53,111 nt of DNA from Glycomyces sp. (GTDB lineage Bacteria; Actinomycetota; Actinomycetes; Mycobacteriales; Micromonosporaceae). The stretch is from assembly GCA_036259435.1 (NCBI GenBank), contig DATABR010000067.1, positions 1 through 53,111 on the forward strand, read 5' to 3'. This document shows, one piece after another, positions 9,457 through 19,070 of the stretch. Each line of letters opens with the position of its first letter. Positions within the stretch are counted from its first letter, which is position 1. The notes under the pieces were generated by a model. That model did not search any database. It was not told where the DNA came from and was given only the letters and a program-made list of their open reading frames with translations. The position numbers and the translations under genes are program-made.

Positions 9457-11459
9457 GCGTCCTCCTTCGCTGTTGCGAAAGGCAGGGTCCAGGCGAGGCG
9501 AAAGCCGATGCTGGTGGAGCGTTCGACGCCGAGCCCGGCGAGCAGGAGTTTGAGACTGAAAGAGGGGTCGCGACGGCCGCCGTCGACGTACCAGTCAGAG
9601 CCTTCGGCGCGGTAGTCGCCGCCGCCCTTGAGCATCGCGAAGCGGGTGATTCCGTCGCTGTGCTCGCTCTCGGTCCAGTTCCATACGGCGGGTTCGCGTC
9701 GCTTGAAGCCGGGCCGCTCGGCGGCGAGCTGCCATTCGAACTCGTCCGGCAGGCGGGCCCCGGCCCACGCGGCGTAGGCGCGGGCGTCGTCGAGCGACAC
9801 ACCCGTCACCGGCCCCATGGGGTCGGCTCCTTCGGTGCCGCAGAGGAACCGGTGCTCGACCTGGGGCCGGTAGCGGGTGGTGCGCAGGAAGAGCCGGTAC
9901 TGCGCGAGGGAGATCTCGTTCGCCGCGACCGCGACAGCGCGCGGGAGGTCGACCTCGACCATCGCTTCGCGATCGTCATGGAGGCGCGGCGGCAGGGGCT
10001 TCCACTCTTCGACATAGGGCGCGCCCTGGTAGAAGCCGGTCTCGCGGCGGCGATAGGTGACCGTGAGCTGGCGAAGGCCGGGTGCGACTCGCAGCGCGGT
10101 CTTCTCGGGGGTCGATGGCGGGAAAAGCCTCGGGGCGACGCGGAACGCTTCGCGGGCAGGGAACGCCGCGTCGGCGGAGCCGGGGTCCGTTGCGGCAGAG
10201 TGCAGTAGCTCGGCGAGCCAGGCGGGTTCCTCGGCTTCAGGGGCGAGTTCGAGAATGCCGGTCACCCCCCTGCCCGGCACGGTCACCTCGGTGGCGTCGG
10301 TGACCCCGGCGGTCACGTCGTATCGCCTGCCGCCATGAGGAAGCGGCGAGTCGAGTGGGTCGCCGGTCCATTCGGTGTCGGCGCGGTTGACGACCGTCCA
10401 CAAGGTCGCGCCGTCCTTCGTCCAGCGCGAGACGTAGATCCCGGCCGCGATCGCCTCGGTGGTCGCGCCTTCGAGCGGGGACCACTCCCCCTCGGCCAAT
10501 AGACCGTGGGCCGCGCGCTGCACGCGGAGCATGCGCCGCAGCGTGGCCTCATCGCGGCGGTTCCAGCCGACCCAGACGCCGAACACGGCGTCCCACACCA
10601 GGATGCCGGTGCCGTTCATCCACGCGGACTGGAGTTCCGCGGCATGGTCTCGGTTCCAGCGGCGGATCGCGTGCATCATGTGGCGGCGCTCGAACCAGTG
10701 CGCGCGCATCACCCCGGGAGCCTCGGAGTCGGCGAACCACTGCGCCCAGCTCAGCAGGTGGTCTTCGACGCGCTGGTTGGGGACGCGGGACTCGCCTTCG
10801 AGCACCTGCGGCGGCTCGGTCTCGGTGAGGGCGCGGGTGAGCGTCGCGTCGCCTTCCTTGAGGGTGTCCAGGAAGACTCCGTCGACGCCCAGATCCCTGA
10901 CGAGGGCCGCGAGTTCCTCGGCGTCCTCGCGCCCGGTGCGGCGCGTGCCGGTGTCCCAGGGGTTGTAGTCCACGAAGACGCGGAGGCCGCGCCCATGGAA
11001 CTCTTCCACCAGCGAGTCGAGGCCGGGTACATCGCGGTAGTAGTCGAACTGGTTGCGGTCGTCGATCCCGATGATCGGATAGGCGTGCCAGAGCACGAGC
11101 CCGTCGAGGCCGCCTTGGCCCGCGATCGAGTCGAGGAAGGCGTCGACGGTGAACCGCTGCTCAGTGTGGTCGAAGAGCCGCTCGTCCCACAGCCACACCT
11201 GAGCGACGGCGTATGCCCTGCTCGCCCAGCGGGTCTCGGGATTCTCGTAGGCGACGCCGTTGTAGTCGAGCCGCCGTCGGGCCTCGTCGCGCCAGGTCGC
11301 TAGGTCGGCGCGCCAGCGCGGCCAGTCGGCCGGGTCGTCCGGAGCGGCGAAGATCTTGGCGATGTCGCCTTGCTCGGGGTGGATCGCGCCGCCGGGCGGG
11401 AGCGCGGTGGGCCGGTCGATAGGCCGGGGTGCCAGTGGATCGAAATCATTGATCTGCAA
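9453..11459 (-). CDS. Uncharacterised protein: N-terminal hydrolase-like domain + C-terminal FGE-sulfatase (SUMF1/EgtB/PvdO-type) domain
   Basis: C-terminal PVTGVSLDDARAYAAWAGARLPDEFEWQLAA, VWNWT, LKGGG, IGFR motifs; N-terminal LVLWHAYP..GIDDRNQFD and DGVFLDT motifs. Confidence 0.8.
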   Translation of the reverse strand: MQINDFDPLAPRPIDRPTALPPGGAIHPEQGDIAKIFAAPDDPADWPRWRADLATWRDEARRRLDYNGVAYENPETRWASRAYAVAQVWLWDERLFDHTEQRFTVDAFLDSIAGQGGLDGLVLWHAYPIIGIDDRNQFDYYRDVPGLDSLVEEFHGRGLRVFVDYNPWDTGTRRTGREDAEELAALVRDLGVDGVFLDTLKEGDATLTRALTETEPPQVLEGESRVPNQRVEDHLLSWAQWFADSEAPGVMRAHWFERRHMMHAIRRWNRDHAAELQSAWMNGTGILVWDAVFGVWVGWNRRDEATLRRMLRVQRAAHGLLAEGEWSPLEGATTEAIAAGIYVSRWTKDGATLWTVVNRADTEWTGDPLDSPLPHGGRRYDVTAGVTDATEVTVPGRGVTGILELAPEAEEPAWLAELLHSAATDPGSADAAFPAREAFRVAPRLFPPSTPEKTALRVAPGLRQLTVTYRRRETGFYQGAPYVEEWKPLPPRLHDDREAMVEVDLPRAVAVAANEISLAQYRLFLRTTRYRPQVEHRFLCGTEGADPMGPVTGVSLDDARAYAAWAGARLPDEFEWQLAAERPGFKRREPAVWNWTESEHSDGITRFAMLKGGGDYRAEGSDWYVDGGRRDPSFSLKLLLAGLGVERSTSIGFRLAWTLPFATAKEDA

Positions 11460-12363
11460 GGAACTCGCGCACCTCCTCCAAAGTCGGAATGGACGGGCCG
11501 GCGCCCTTGCGCCGCACGGCGATCCCGGCCGCGGCCGTGGCGAACTCGGTGGCCTCCACGAGCGCGGTGAGATCGATCGAGCCTGTACCGCGGTCGAGGG
11601 CGGCGGCGAACGCGCCGACGAACGTGTCGCCCGCGCCGGTGGTGTCCTTCGCGTCGACTTTGTAGGCGGGCACCTTGACCGGGGCCTCGCCCGGGGCGCC
11701 GATGAGCGCGCCTTCGGCGCCGAGCGTGATGATCACGGCGCAGCCGTGTCCGGTGAGGACGGACAGGAGCGAGCGTTCGCCGGTGCCCGCGGGCTCGCCC
11801 GCGAGTTCGGCGGCTTCGTGCTCGTTCACCACGAGGACGTCGACCTCGGCGAGAAGTTCGAGCGGGACGGCCCCGCTCGGCGCGGCGTTGAGGACCACGG
11901 TGGTGTTGTCCGCTCGCGCGGCCCGCACGGCTGCCGCGACCGTCTCGATCGGCGTCTCCAGTTGCAGCACCAGCAGGTCCGCGGCGGCGATGTCGCCGAG
12001 TTCGGATTCGGTGAGGTCGACGAGCGCGGCGTTCGCGCCCGAGTCCACGACGATGGAGTTCTCGCCGCGCCGGTCCACGAAGATGACGGCGGTGCCGGTG
12101 GGTGCGTCCACGCGGCGGTCGAGCAGGGTGATCCCTGCGTCCCGGGCGTCCTCGGCGAGGCGGTCGCCCGCGGTGTCGCGCCCGAGCGCGACGATGAATC
12201 GGGTGTCGGCTCCGGCGCGGGCGGTCGCGATCGCCTGGTTGTTCCCCTTGCCTCCCGGGAAGGATTCGGAGCCGCGCGAGAGCACGGTCTCGCCGGGGAC
12301 GGGGATGCGGTCGACCTCGTAGACGAGGTCGAGGTTGGCGCTGCCGAGCACGACGACGCTCAT
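11446..12363 (-). CDS. rbsK: Ribokinase (PfkB family)
   Basis: VVVLGSANLDLV, PGGKGNNQA, NEHEA, DTTGAGDTF; ATGA overlap with the upstream gene. Confidence 0.85.
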   Translation of the reverse strand: MSVVVLGSANLDLVYEVDRIPVPGETVLSRGSESFPGGKGNNQAIATARAGADTRFIVALGRDTAGDRLAEDARDAGITLLDRRVDAPTGTAVIFVDRRGENSIVVDSGANAALVDLTESELGDIAAADLLVLQLETPIETVAAAVRAARADNTTVVLNAAPSGAVPLELLAEVDVLVVNEHEAAELAGEPAGTGERSLLSVLTGHGCAVIITLGAEGALIGAPGEAPVKVPAYKVDAKDTTGAGDTFVGAFAAALDRGTGSIDLTALVEATEFATAAAGIAVRRKGAGPSIPTLEEVREFLADQ

Positions 12364-13709
12364 CGGGACACCTCCACGGTTCGGATGGCGAGTGCGGTGA
12401 AGCGGGCTCCGGCGAAGCCGGGCACGGACGTGGCGAGGCGGTCGTCCAGGGGTTCGATCCACTTGGGCGGCAGTGCTTCGGCGCCAGTGAGGGCGCCGGT
12501 GATCGCTCCTGCGGTCGCGCCGACGGAGCCGGTGTCCCAGCCGCCGGAGACGGCGAGGGTGACGGTGCGCTCGAAGTCGCCCGCGCCTCGGGCGAGGGCG
12601 AACGCGAGGAGTGCGGCGTTGTTGATGACGTGGACCCAGTGGAGGTGGCCGTATTCGGCGTGGAGGGCGTCGATCGCGGCCTCGTCGGCGAGGCCGCTGC
12701 CGGCGAGTTCGATGCCGCGCTGTACAGCCGCGGTGTAGCGGCTCTTCGGAGGGAGAGCGGCGAGGCCGGTCTCCAGCACGGTCGCGATCGGCGCGCCGGT
12801 GACGGCGGTCGCGCTGGCGGCGGCCACGAACATCGCACCGTAGATCCCATTGCGGCCGTGGCTGAGTCGAGCGTCGTGGAAGGCCAGGCGCGCGGCGGCG
12901 GCCCGGTCGCCGGGGTTGGCCCAGCCGTAGAGGTCGGCGCGGATCTGGGCGCCGATCCAGTCGCGGAAGGGGTTGCGGACGCGTCCGGCGGTCTCGGGCT
13001 CATAGCCGTCGAGGAGGTTGCGGTAGGTGATGCGCTCGGCGGTGAAGACGCGGCCGCCGGGCAGCAGGTCGAGCCATGCCTGGGCGACGTCGGCCGTGGT
13101 GAAGCCGCGGCCGTGGCGCTCCAGCAGGGTGAGGGCGATGAGCGGGAAGTTGAGGTCGTCGTCCTCGGGCATGCCGTCGATGTTCTCGGCCAGGCTGGTC
13201 GGGCGGCTGCGGCGGTTCCACCGGTAGCGGCCGGCGGTGTCCGGGTCGAGTCCGACTTCGGTGAAGTACGAGTGGAGCGGCCAGTTGCCGGTGGCGCGGG
13301 CGATGGCGCGGATGCCTTCGAGCGGGAGCTTTTCGACGGGCTTGCCGAGCAGGCACCCGGCGGCGCGTCCGAGCCAGGCGCCGAGCACGCGATCGGCGAA
13401 ACCGGGCTCGGGGTTCGGCAGCGCCGGAGGCCCGTCGCCGGTGAGGATCGCGTCGAATTCTTCGGGTTCGTCGGCGTGCAGCCGTTCGGAATCGGGGAAG
13501 CGGTCGAGTTCGGCGAGGAGGTCGCGCGCGAGCGACCGGAGCGCGTCGGTCGCGGGCTCGGTGGACGCGCCGCTGACGACCGGATCGGGCGATCCGCCCG
13601 CGGCGAGCCAGCGTTCGCGCACATCGGCGGTATCGCGGCCGTCGAGGTCGGCGGCGACGAGCGCGTGCGGCAGGAGGTCTTCGGGTTGGGTCCAGCTCAG
13701 GCGCATCAT
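12360..13709 (-). CDS. ADP-ribosylglycohydrolase family protein (copy 2)
   Basis: GRAAGCLLGKPVE, MPEDDDLN, WIGAQIRAD, SHGRNG, GGWDTGSVGA. Confidence 0.88.
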   Translation of the reverse strand: MMRLSWTQPEDLLPHALVAADLDGRDTADVRERWLAAGGSPDPVVSGASTEPATDALRSLARDLLAELDRFPDSERLHADEPEEFDAILTGDGPPALPNPEPGFADRVLGAWLGRAAGCLLGKPVEKLPLEGIRAIARATGNWPLHSYFTEVGLDPDTAGRYRWNRRSRPTSLAENIDGMPEDDDLNFPLIALTLLERHGRGFTTADVAQAWLDLLPGGRVFTAERITYRNLLDGYEPETAGRVRNPFRDWIGAQIRADLYGWANPGDRAAAARLAFHDARLSHGRNGIYGAMFVAAASATAVTGAPIATVLETGLAALPPKSRYTAAVQRGIELAGSGLADEAAIDALHAEYGHLHWVHVINNAALLAFALARGAGDFERTVTLAVSGGWDTGSVGATAGAITGALTGAEALPPKWIEPLDDRLATSVPGFAGARFTALAIRTVEVSR

Positions 13710-14866
13710 GCCGCGGCTCCCGCGAATTCGTTGCGGGCCTCGGCGACCCGGGCGGCGCGTTCGGCGTCGGCGGCCCACACGTCACGGGCCGCGCTTGCGA
13801 TGACGGGGCCGGTGGCCGTGATGTCCATGCGGCTGCCTTCGCTGACGCCGCTGATCCATTCGGCGGGCACGACGCCGACGCCGCCGAGGGCTCCGGCGAG
13901 GGACCCCGCCATGACGGCGATGGAGTCGGAGTCGCGGCCGTAGTTGACCGCGCCGAGGACGGCTTCGCGGTAGTCGCCTCGGGCGGCGATGAGCATCCCG
14001 AGGGCGATCGGGAGTTCTTCGATGGACTTGGTGCGGCTGGGAATGCGGGCGTCCATGGCGGGCGCGCGGTAGTCGGGGCCGACGGTGTCGAAGGGCTCGA
14101 CGGCACGGCGCAGATCCGCGAGACCGGTCCGCCAATCGCGGATGCCCCCGGCGGCCTGGGCGACGGCGTCGACGGCGGCCTTCGTGCCGTCCTTGGCGAG
14201 GCGCAGTGCGGCCCCGACCACGGTGTCGACGTCGGCGCCGGGGCGCATGGCCTCGGCGACGGCCGCGGCGAATACTCCGGCGGCCTCGCGGCCGTAGGAG
14301 GACTGGTGCGCTCCGGCGATGTCTATCGCTTCAGCGTAGGCCCCTTCGGGATTGCCCGCGTTCACGATGCCGACCGGGGCGGCGTACATGGTCGCGCCGC
14401 AGTTGACGATGTTGCCGACCCCGGCCGAGCGGGGATCGATGTGGCCGTAGTGGAGGCGGGCGACGATCCACTTCTCGGCGAGGAATACGCGGTGCAGGAG
14501 CAGCGCCTCGGATTCGAGTTCGGGGATCCAGCGGCGGTCGCCGATGAGGAGCGGCACGAGGTGCTCGGCGATCGCGTGGGCGTCGAGGTGGTCGCGCACG
14601 GTGTCGTAGACGTCGACGAGCGCGGTGGTCATGAGCGTGTCGTCGGTGATGTGCCCGTCGCCCTTGTGGTATGGGGCGATGGGGCGGGCGCCCCGCCAGT
14701 CCTCATGGAAGGGGGGCACGATCCCTTCGATGAAGCCGCCGTAGCGCCGCTGGATCGCCTCGGGTGTGTTCCCTTCGGCCGCACCGCCGAGCGCGTCGCC
14801 GACCGCCGCTCCGGCGAGCACCCCGGTCGACTTCGTCACCAGCATGTCGTTCAACGGCTGGGCCAT
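13706..14866 (-). CDS. ADP-ribosylglycohydrolase family protein (copy 1)
   Basis: GAAVGDALG, GHITDDT, NCGATM, NYGRDSDSIA metal-binding motifs. Confidence 0.92.
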   Translation of the reverse strand: MAQPLNDMLVTKSTGVLAGAAVGDALGGAAEGNTPEAIQRRYGGFIEGIVPPFHEDWRGARPIAPYHKGDGHITDDTLMTTALVDVYDTVRDHLDAHAIAEHLVPLLIGDRRWIPELESEALLLHRVFLAEKWIVARLHYGHIDPRSAGVGNIVNCGATMYAAPVGIVNAGNPEGAYAEAIDIAGAHQSSYGREAAGVFAAAVAEAMRPGADVDTVVGAALRLAKDGTKAAVDAVAQAAGGIRDWRTGLADLRRAVEPFDTVGPDYRAPAMDARIPSRTKSIEELPIALGMLIAARGDYREAVLGAVNYGRDSDSIAVMAGSLAGALGGVGVVPAEWISGVSEGSRMDITATGPVIASAARDVWAADAERAARVAEARNEFAGAAA

Positions 14867-14940
14867 CGTGTCTCCTCGCGTCGTTCGATCGGTGTGACGT
14901 CCGCCGGGGCGGGTCCTGGTGGTGCCCGGGCGGACCTGTC

Positions 14941-16221
14941 TTATCCCAGTTCAGACCAGCCGTCGGTGAGCTGCTGCTGGAGCTCGTCGATGGTGATCTC
15001 GTCCGCCAGGTACTGCTGGAGGGCGGGCGTGGCGTACTGGTCCTTCCACTGGGGATAGTTCACGGCCGCTTGGAACGGCGCGGCCTGCAGGCCTTCGCCG
15101 GAGGCGAGGATGGCTTCCCAGCCGTTCGCTCCCGCGGTGTTCTCGGCGACCAGGGTCCGGGCCGCGCCGGAGGACGGGATGAGCCAGTCGCCCTGGGCGA
15201 GAGCGGCCTGGTGCTCGGGCTGCATGAAGAAGTCGACGAACGCGGCGGCCTCTTCCATGTGCTCGCTCTCGGCGGCGACGGACATGGTCTGCGGGTTGGC
15301 GGCCTGGACCGCTCCGGCGGTGCCCGCGAGCGGCGGCAGGACGGCCCAGTCGAAACCCTCGGGCGCGGACTCGGTGATCTGCTGGGCCACGTAGTTGCCC
15401 GCCACGTACATCGCGTACTTGCCGTCGAAGAAGCCCGGCAGCACATCCGATCCGCTCTGGGTGAGCGAGACCGGGTCGAGCGACCGGTCCTCGTAGGCCA
15501 TCGAGTGGATGCGCTCGGAAACGGCGAGTTCGTCGGCCCCCACCTCGATCGAGGCGGACTCGCCGTCGCCGGTGAAGAAGGTGCCGTCGAAGCCGAGCGA
15601 CAGGCTCATGACAGCGGCGGTGGGCTGCTGCATGCCCCAGCCGACGCCGTACGAGCCGTCGGCGGTGAGCTGGGCGGCGAGCGCCTGGAAGTCGTCCCAG
15701 GCGAGGGTCTCGCCGGTCGGAGTCTCCACGCCCGCCTCGGCGACCGCGGCCCGGTTGACGAACACCACGTAGGACTGCAGCAGAGTCGGCGCGGCGACGA
15801 CCGCGCCGGCGGAGGCGGTGACGGACTTCCAGACGTCCTCGGAGACCGCGCTCTTCACGTCGCCGCTGAGATAGGGGCTCAGGTCGGCGAGGTAGCCCTG
15901 GTTCGCGAAGCCCATGATGTCGGCCGACTCATCGTGGATGATGTCGGGCGCGGTGCCGCCCTGGAACTGGGTCACGAGCTGGTCGTGCACGTTGTCCCAG
16001 CTGCCCTGCACCAGTTCCACCTGCGTGTCGGGGTTGGCCTCGTTCCAGGCGGCGACGATCTCCTCGGTCGCGGCGATCGTGGTGTCCTGGAACGCGAGCG
16101 ACTGGAAGGTGAGCGTGGTCGGGCCCCCATCGTCGTCGTCGCCGACGCCGAAGGCGGAGCAGCCGGTGAGCGCGAGAGGCAGGACGAGGACGCCCGCGAT
16201 CGCGACGTTGCGAGTGCGCAT
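14941..16221 (-). CDS. Sugar ABC transporter substrate-binding lipoprotein
   Basis: Lipobox LALTGC; GTAPDII, LADLSPY SBP_bac_1 features; GAAAGAGAG upstream. Confidence 0.92.
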   Translation of the reverse strand: MRTRNVAIAGVLVLPLALTGCSAFGVGDDDDGGPTTLTFQSLAFQDTTIAATEEIVAAWNEANPDTQVELVQGSWDNVHDQLVTQFQGGTAPDIIHDESADIMGFANQGYLADLSPYLSGDVKSAVSEDVWKSVTASAGAVVAAPTLLQSYVVFVNRAAVAEAGVETPTGETLAWDDFQALAAQLTADGSYGVGWGMQQPTAAVMSLSLGFDGTFFTGDGESASIEVGADELAVSERIHSMAYEDRSLDPVSLTQSGSDVLPGFFDGKYAMYVAGNYVAQQITESAPEGFDWAVLPPLAGTAGAVQAANPQTMSVAAESEHMEEAAAFVDFFMQPEHQAALAQGDWLIPSSGAARTLVAENTAGANGWEAILASGEGLQAAPFQAAVNYPQWKDQYATPALQQYLADEITIDELQQQLTDGWSELG

Positions 16222-16260
16222 TGGTTTCTCTCTTTCCGTGGGGACCGGCGGATTCGGGGT

Positions 16261-17115
16261 TCAGCCCTTGACCGCCCCGCTGAGGAGTCCGGCGGTGAGC
16301 CGTTTCTGTATGAGCAGGAAGAACACGAGGCTCGGGATGCAGGCCAGGAGCGCGGCGGCGGCGAGCTGCCCGAGCTGCACCTGCCCCTCGGCGCCGACGA
16401 AGCGGGCCAGCGCGAGCGGCAGCGTCTGCATGTCCGGGTCCTGGATGAGCACGAGCGCGAAGAAGAACTCGTTCCAGGAGTTGATGAACGTGAACAGGCT
16501 GGTGGCGACCAGCCCGGGAGCGAGGAGCGGCAGCACGATCCGGGTGAGGGTGCGCAGGCGTCCGGCGCCGTCGACCGCGCTGGCCTCTTCGAGTTCGACG
16601 GGGATGGCGGCCACGTAGCCCTGGAGCATCCACAGCGAGAAGGGCAGGGCCCAGACGGCGTAGACGAGCACCAGGCCGAGGAGGGTGTTGACCAAGCCGA
16701 TGTTCTTGAGCAGCAAGAAGAGCGGGATGATGATGAGGATGAACGGGAAGACCTGGCTGAGGAGGATCCAGCCGGTGGCGAGGGCGCGGAGTCTGGTGCG
16801 GAAGCGGACGAGGGCGTAGGCGGCGGGCAGGGACACGGCGGTGACGACGGCGGTGGTCGTGACGGCGACGAGGAGGCTGTTGCCGGCCGCGAGGTAGAGG
16901 TCGGCCTTGTCGATCGCCGAGGTGAAGTTGTCGAAGTCGAGCTGCTCGGGCACAAGCCCCGCGTCGGGCGAGCGCAGTTCGCGCGGAGTCTTGAACGCGG
17001 TGGTCAGCAGGAACACCAGCGGGAACGCCAGGAAGCACATGTAGGCGGCGAGCGCGAGGTATTGGAGGGGCCGCGTGAACGGCCCGCGGCCCACGGTCTT
17101 GGGGACTGTCGTCAT
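16261..17115 (-). CDS. Carbohydrate ABC transporter permease (MalG-like)
   Basis: IPVELEEASAVDGA EAA loop, SWNEFFFAL, C-terminal GAVKG. Confidence 0.93.
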   Translation of the reverse strand: MTTVPKTVGRGPFTRPLQYLALAAYMCFLAFPLVFLLTTAFKTPRELRSPDAGLVPEQLDFDNFTSAIDKADLYLAAGNSLLVAVTTTAVVTAVSLPAAYALVRFRTRLRALATGWILLSQVFPFILIIIPLFLLLKNIGLVNTLLGLVLVYAVWALPFSLWMLQGYVAAIPVELEEASAVDGAGRLRTLTRIVLPLLAPGLVATSLFTFINSWNEFFFALVLIQDPDMQTLPLALARFVGAEGQVQLGQLAAAALLACIPSLVFFLLIQKRLTAGLLSGAVKG

Positions 17116-18032
17116 TGGAGCCGCCTCCGCATCTGTCCGCGCAGGTAGAAGAACAGGATGGCGCCGATCAGGATGACCATGACGTTGCCCATGGCCGCCG
17201 CGTAGCCGAAGTTGCCGTAGCGGAAGGCCTCGTTGTAGGCGAAGAGGCTGGGGAGCATCGTGGTGCCGCCGGGGCCGCCCGCGGTGAGCACGAAGACGAG
17301 CGCGAAGGAGTTGAAATTCCAGATCAGGTCGAGGGTGGTGATCGCGATGACGATGGGCCGCAGGGCGGGAAGCGTGACGTGCCAGAAGCGCCGCCAGGTG
17401 CTCGCGCCGTCGATCGCGGCGGCCTCGTTCAACTCGGCCGGAACGGCTTGGAGTCCGGCGAGGAGCACGACCGTGGTCTGCGGCATCCCGGCCCAGACGC
17501 CGACGACGACGACTACCGGGAGGGCGATCGAGGCTTCGCCGAGCCAGTTGATGCCGCTGGGGAGCCCGAGGGCGTCGAGCGTGCGGTTGACGGGGCCGTA
17601 GTTCGGGTTGAGCATGAGCTGCCACATGATCGCGATGATCACCGGCGGCATGGCCCACGGGATGAGCGCGAGCGTGCGGGCGAGCCAGCGCAGCCGCAGG
17701 TCGAGGTTGAGCATGAGCGCCAGGCCGAGCGAGGCGAGGAACTGCAGGATCGTGACGCTGAAGGCCCAGACGAGGCCGATCCGAAAGGACTCCCAGAACA
17801 GGCCGTTGCCCGCGAGCTGGACGTAGTTGTCGAGGCCGTTGAAATGGGTCTCGACGTTCAATCCGGCTTGCGCGTCGGTGAAGCCGAGGAGGACGCCGTA
17901 GACGAGCGGGTAAACGCTGAAGAGCATCACCGGGAGCAATGCGGGCAGGACGAGCGGCCAGGCGTCGTGGCGGCCGGAGCGCTTACGGCGCTGGGGCGCC
18001 GGAGCTTCGAGACGAGGGGCGATCGCGGTCAT
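17112..18032 (-). CDS. Carbohydrate ABC transporter permease (MalF-like)
   Basis: LNEAAAIDGA EAA loop, TAGGPG, YAAAMG; overlaps with neighbouring genes. Confidence 0.93.
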   Translation of the reverse strand: MTAIAPRLEAPAPQRRKRSGRHDAWPLVLPALLPVMLFSVYPLVYGVLLGFTDAQAGLNVETHFNGLDNYVQLAGNGLFWESFRIGLVWAFSVTILQFLASLGLALMLNLDLRLRWLARTLALIPWAMPPVIIAIMWQLMLNPNYGPVNRTLDALGLPSGINWLGEASIALPVVVVVGVWAGMPQTTVVLLAGLQAVPAELNEAAAIDGASTWRRFWHVTLPALRPIVIAITTLDLIWNFNSFALVFVLTAGGPGGTTMLPSLFAYNEAFRYGNFGYAAAMGNVMVILIGAILFFYLRGQMRRRLQ

Positions 18033-19048
18033 GAGCCGTCCTGCCGGAGGGTGGACTCGCGCACGGAAAGGCTCGGGGGGATGACGAGCTTGCGCACCGG
18101 CACGGCGGGGTCGCCGATCCGGCGGACGAGAAGCTTCGCGGCGACCGCGGCGCGCTTGGCAGAGCCGAGATCGACGCTGGTGAGCGAGGGGGTGGCGAGT
18201 TCGGCGGTGTCGGTGTTGTCCATGCCGACCACCGCCACGTCGTCGGGCACGCGGGCGCCCGCGGCGGCGAGTTCCTTGAGGGCCGCGACGGCGAGGAGGT
18301 CGTTGGCGCAGACGATCGCGTCGGGACTGGCGTGGCCGAGCAACCGGGCCATGGCCGTGCGTCCCGCGCGGTACGTGAACCCCGTTGCGGTGACCTGCAA
18401 TTCCGGTCTCGCCGGGAGGTCGAAGCGTTCGACGGCGGCGAGGTATCCGGCGAGGCGCGCGGAACCGGGCACGGTGTCGACCGGGCCGTTCACGAGCGCG
18501 ATCCGGCGGCGGCCTTGAGCGACAAGGTGTTCGACGGCGAGACCGATGCCCGTGGCCGAGTCGGCGCGCACGTTGTCGAGGTCCACATCGGGCGGCAGGG
18601 TACCGATCACGACGATGGGGAGGCGGCTCGACCGCATGGCGTCGATCAGCTCGGGCGTGATCCGCAAGGGGCTCAAGAGGAGCCCGTCCGCGTAACCGCG
18701 ATTGAGGCTGGAGAGCAGGTCGATCTGGTCCTGGGGGTCGCTGCCGGTGGAGGAGACCACGAGCCGGTAGCCGGCCTTGTCGACGATCCCTGTCACGGCG
18801 CGCATCATCTGCACGTACACGGGGTTGCCGACGTCGGCCACGGCCAGCGCGATCTGGTCGGTGCGGCCGGTGCGGAGGGTGCGGGCGCTGGCGTCGGGCA
18901 CGTAGCCCAGTTCGGCGGCGGCCTCGCGGACCTTGCGGGTCAGTTCCGGGGAGGCGGATCCGCCGTTGAGGACCCGCGACACCGAGGCCACGGAGACCCC
19001 GGCTCGCGCGGCCACGAGCGTGAGGCTCGACCTCTTCGTCTCGGCCAT
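18029..19048 (-). CDS. LacI family transcriptional regulator
   Basis: VAARAGVSVASVSRVLNG HTH; ANDLLA, VPDDVAVVGMDN, PSLTSV, VREST. Confidence 0.94.
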   Translation of the reverse strand: MAETKRSSLTLVAARAGVSVASVSRVLNGGSASPELTRKVREAAAELGYVPDASARTLRTGRTDQIALAVADVGNPVYVQMMRAVTGIVDKAGYRLVVSSTGSDPQDQIDLLSSLNRGYADGLLLSPLRITPELIDAMRSSRLPIVVIGTLPPDVDLDNVRADSATGIGLAVEHLVAQGRRRIALVNGPVDTVPGSARLAGYLAAVERFDLPARPELQVTATGFTYRAGRTAMARLLGHASPDAIVCANDLLAVAALKELAAAGARVPDDVAVVGMDNTDTAELATPSLTSVDLGSAKRAAVAAKLLVRRIGDPAVPVRKLVIPPSLSVRESTLRQDGS

Positions 19049-19070
19049 GGGCAGCCCTCGTCTTCGTCGT

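Noticed and set aside
12360-14866. ARH pair as a toxin-antitoxin, anti-phage or DraG/DraT switch
   Set aside because: No ADP-ribosyltransferase or toxin is nearby. The context (importer, kinase, LacI, lyase) is catabolic.
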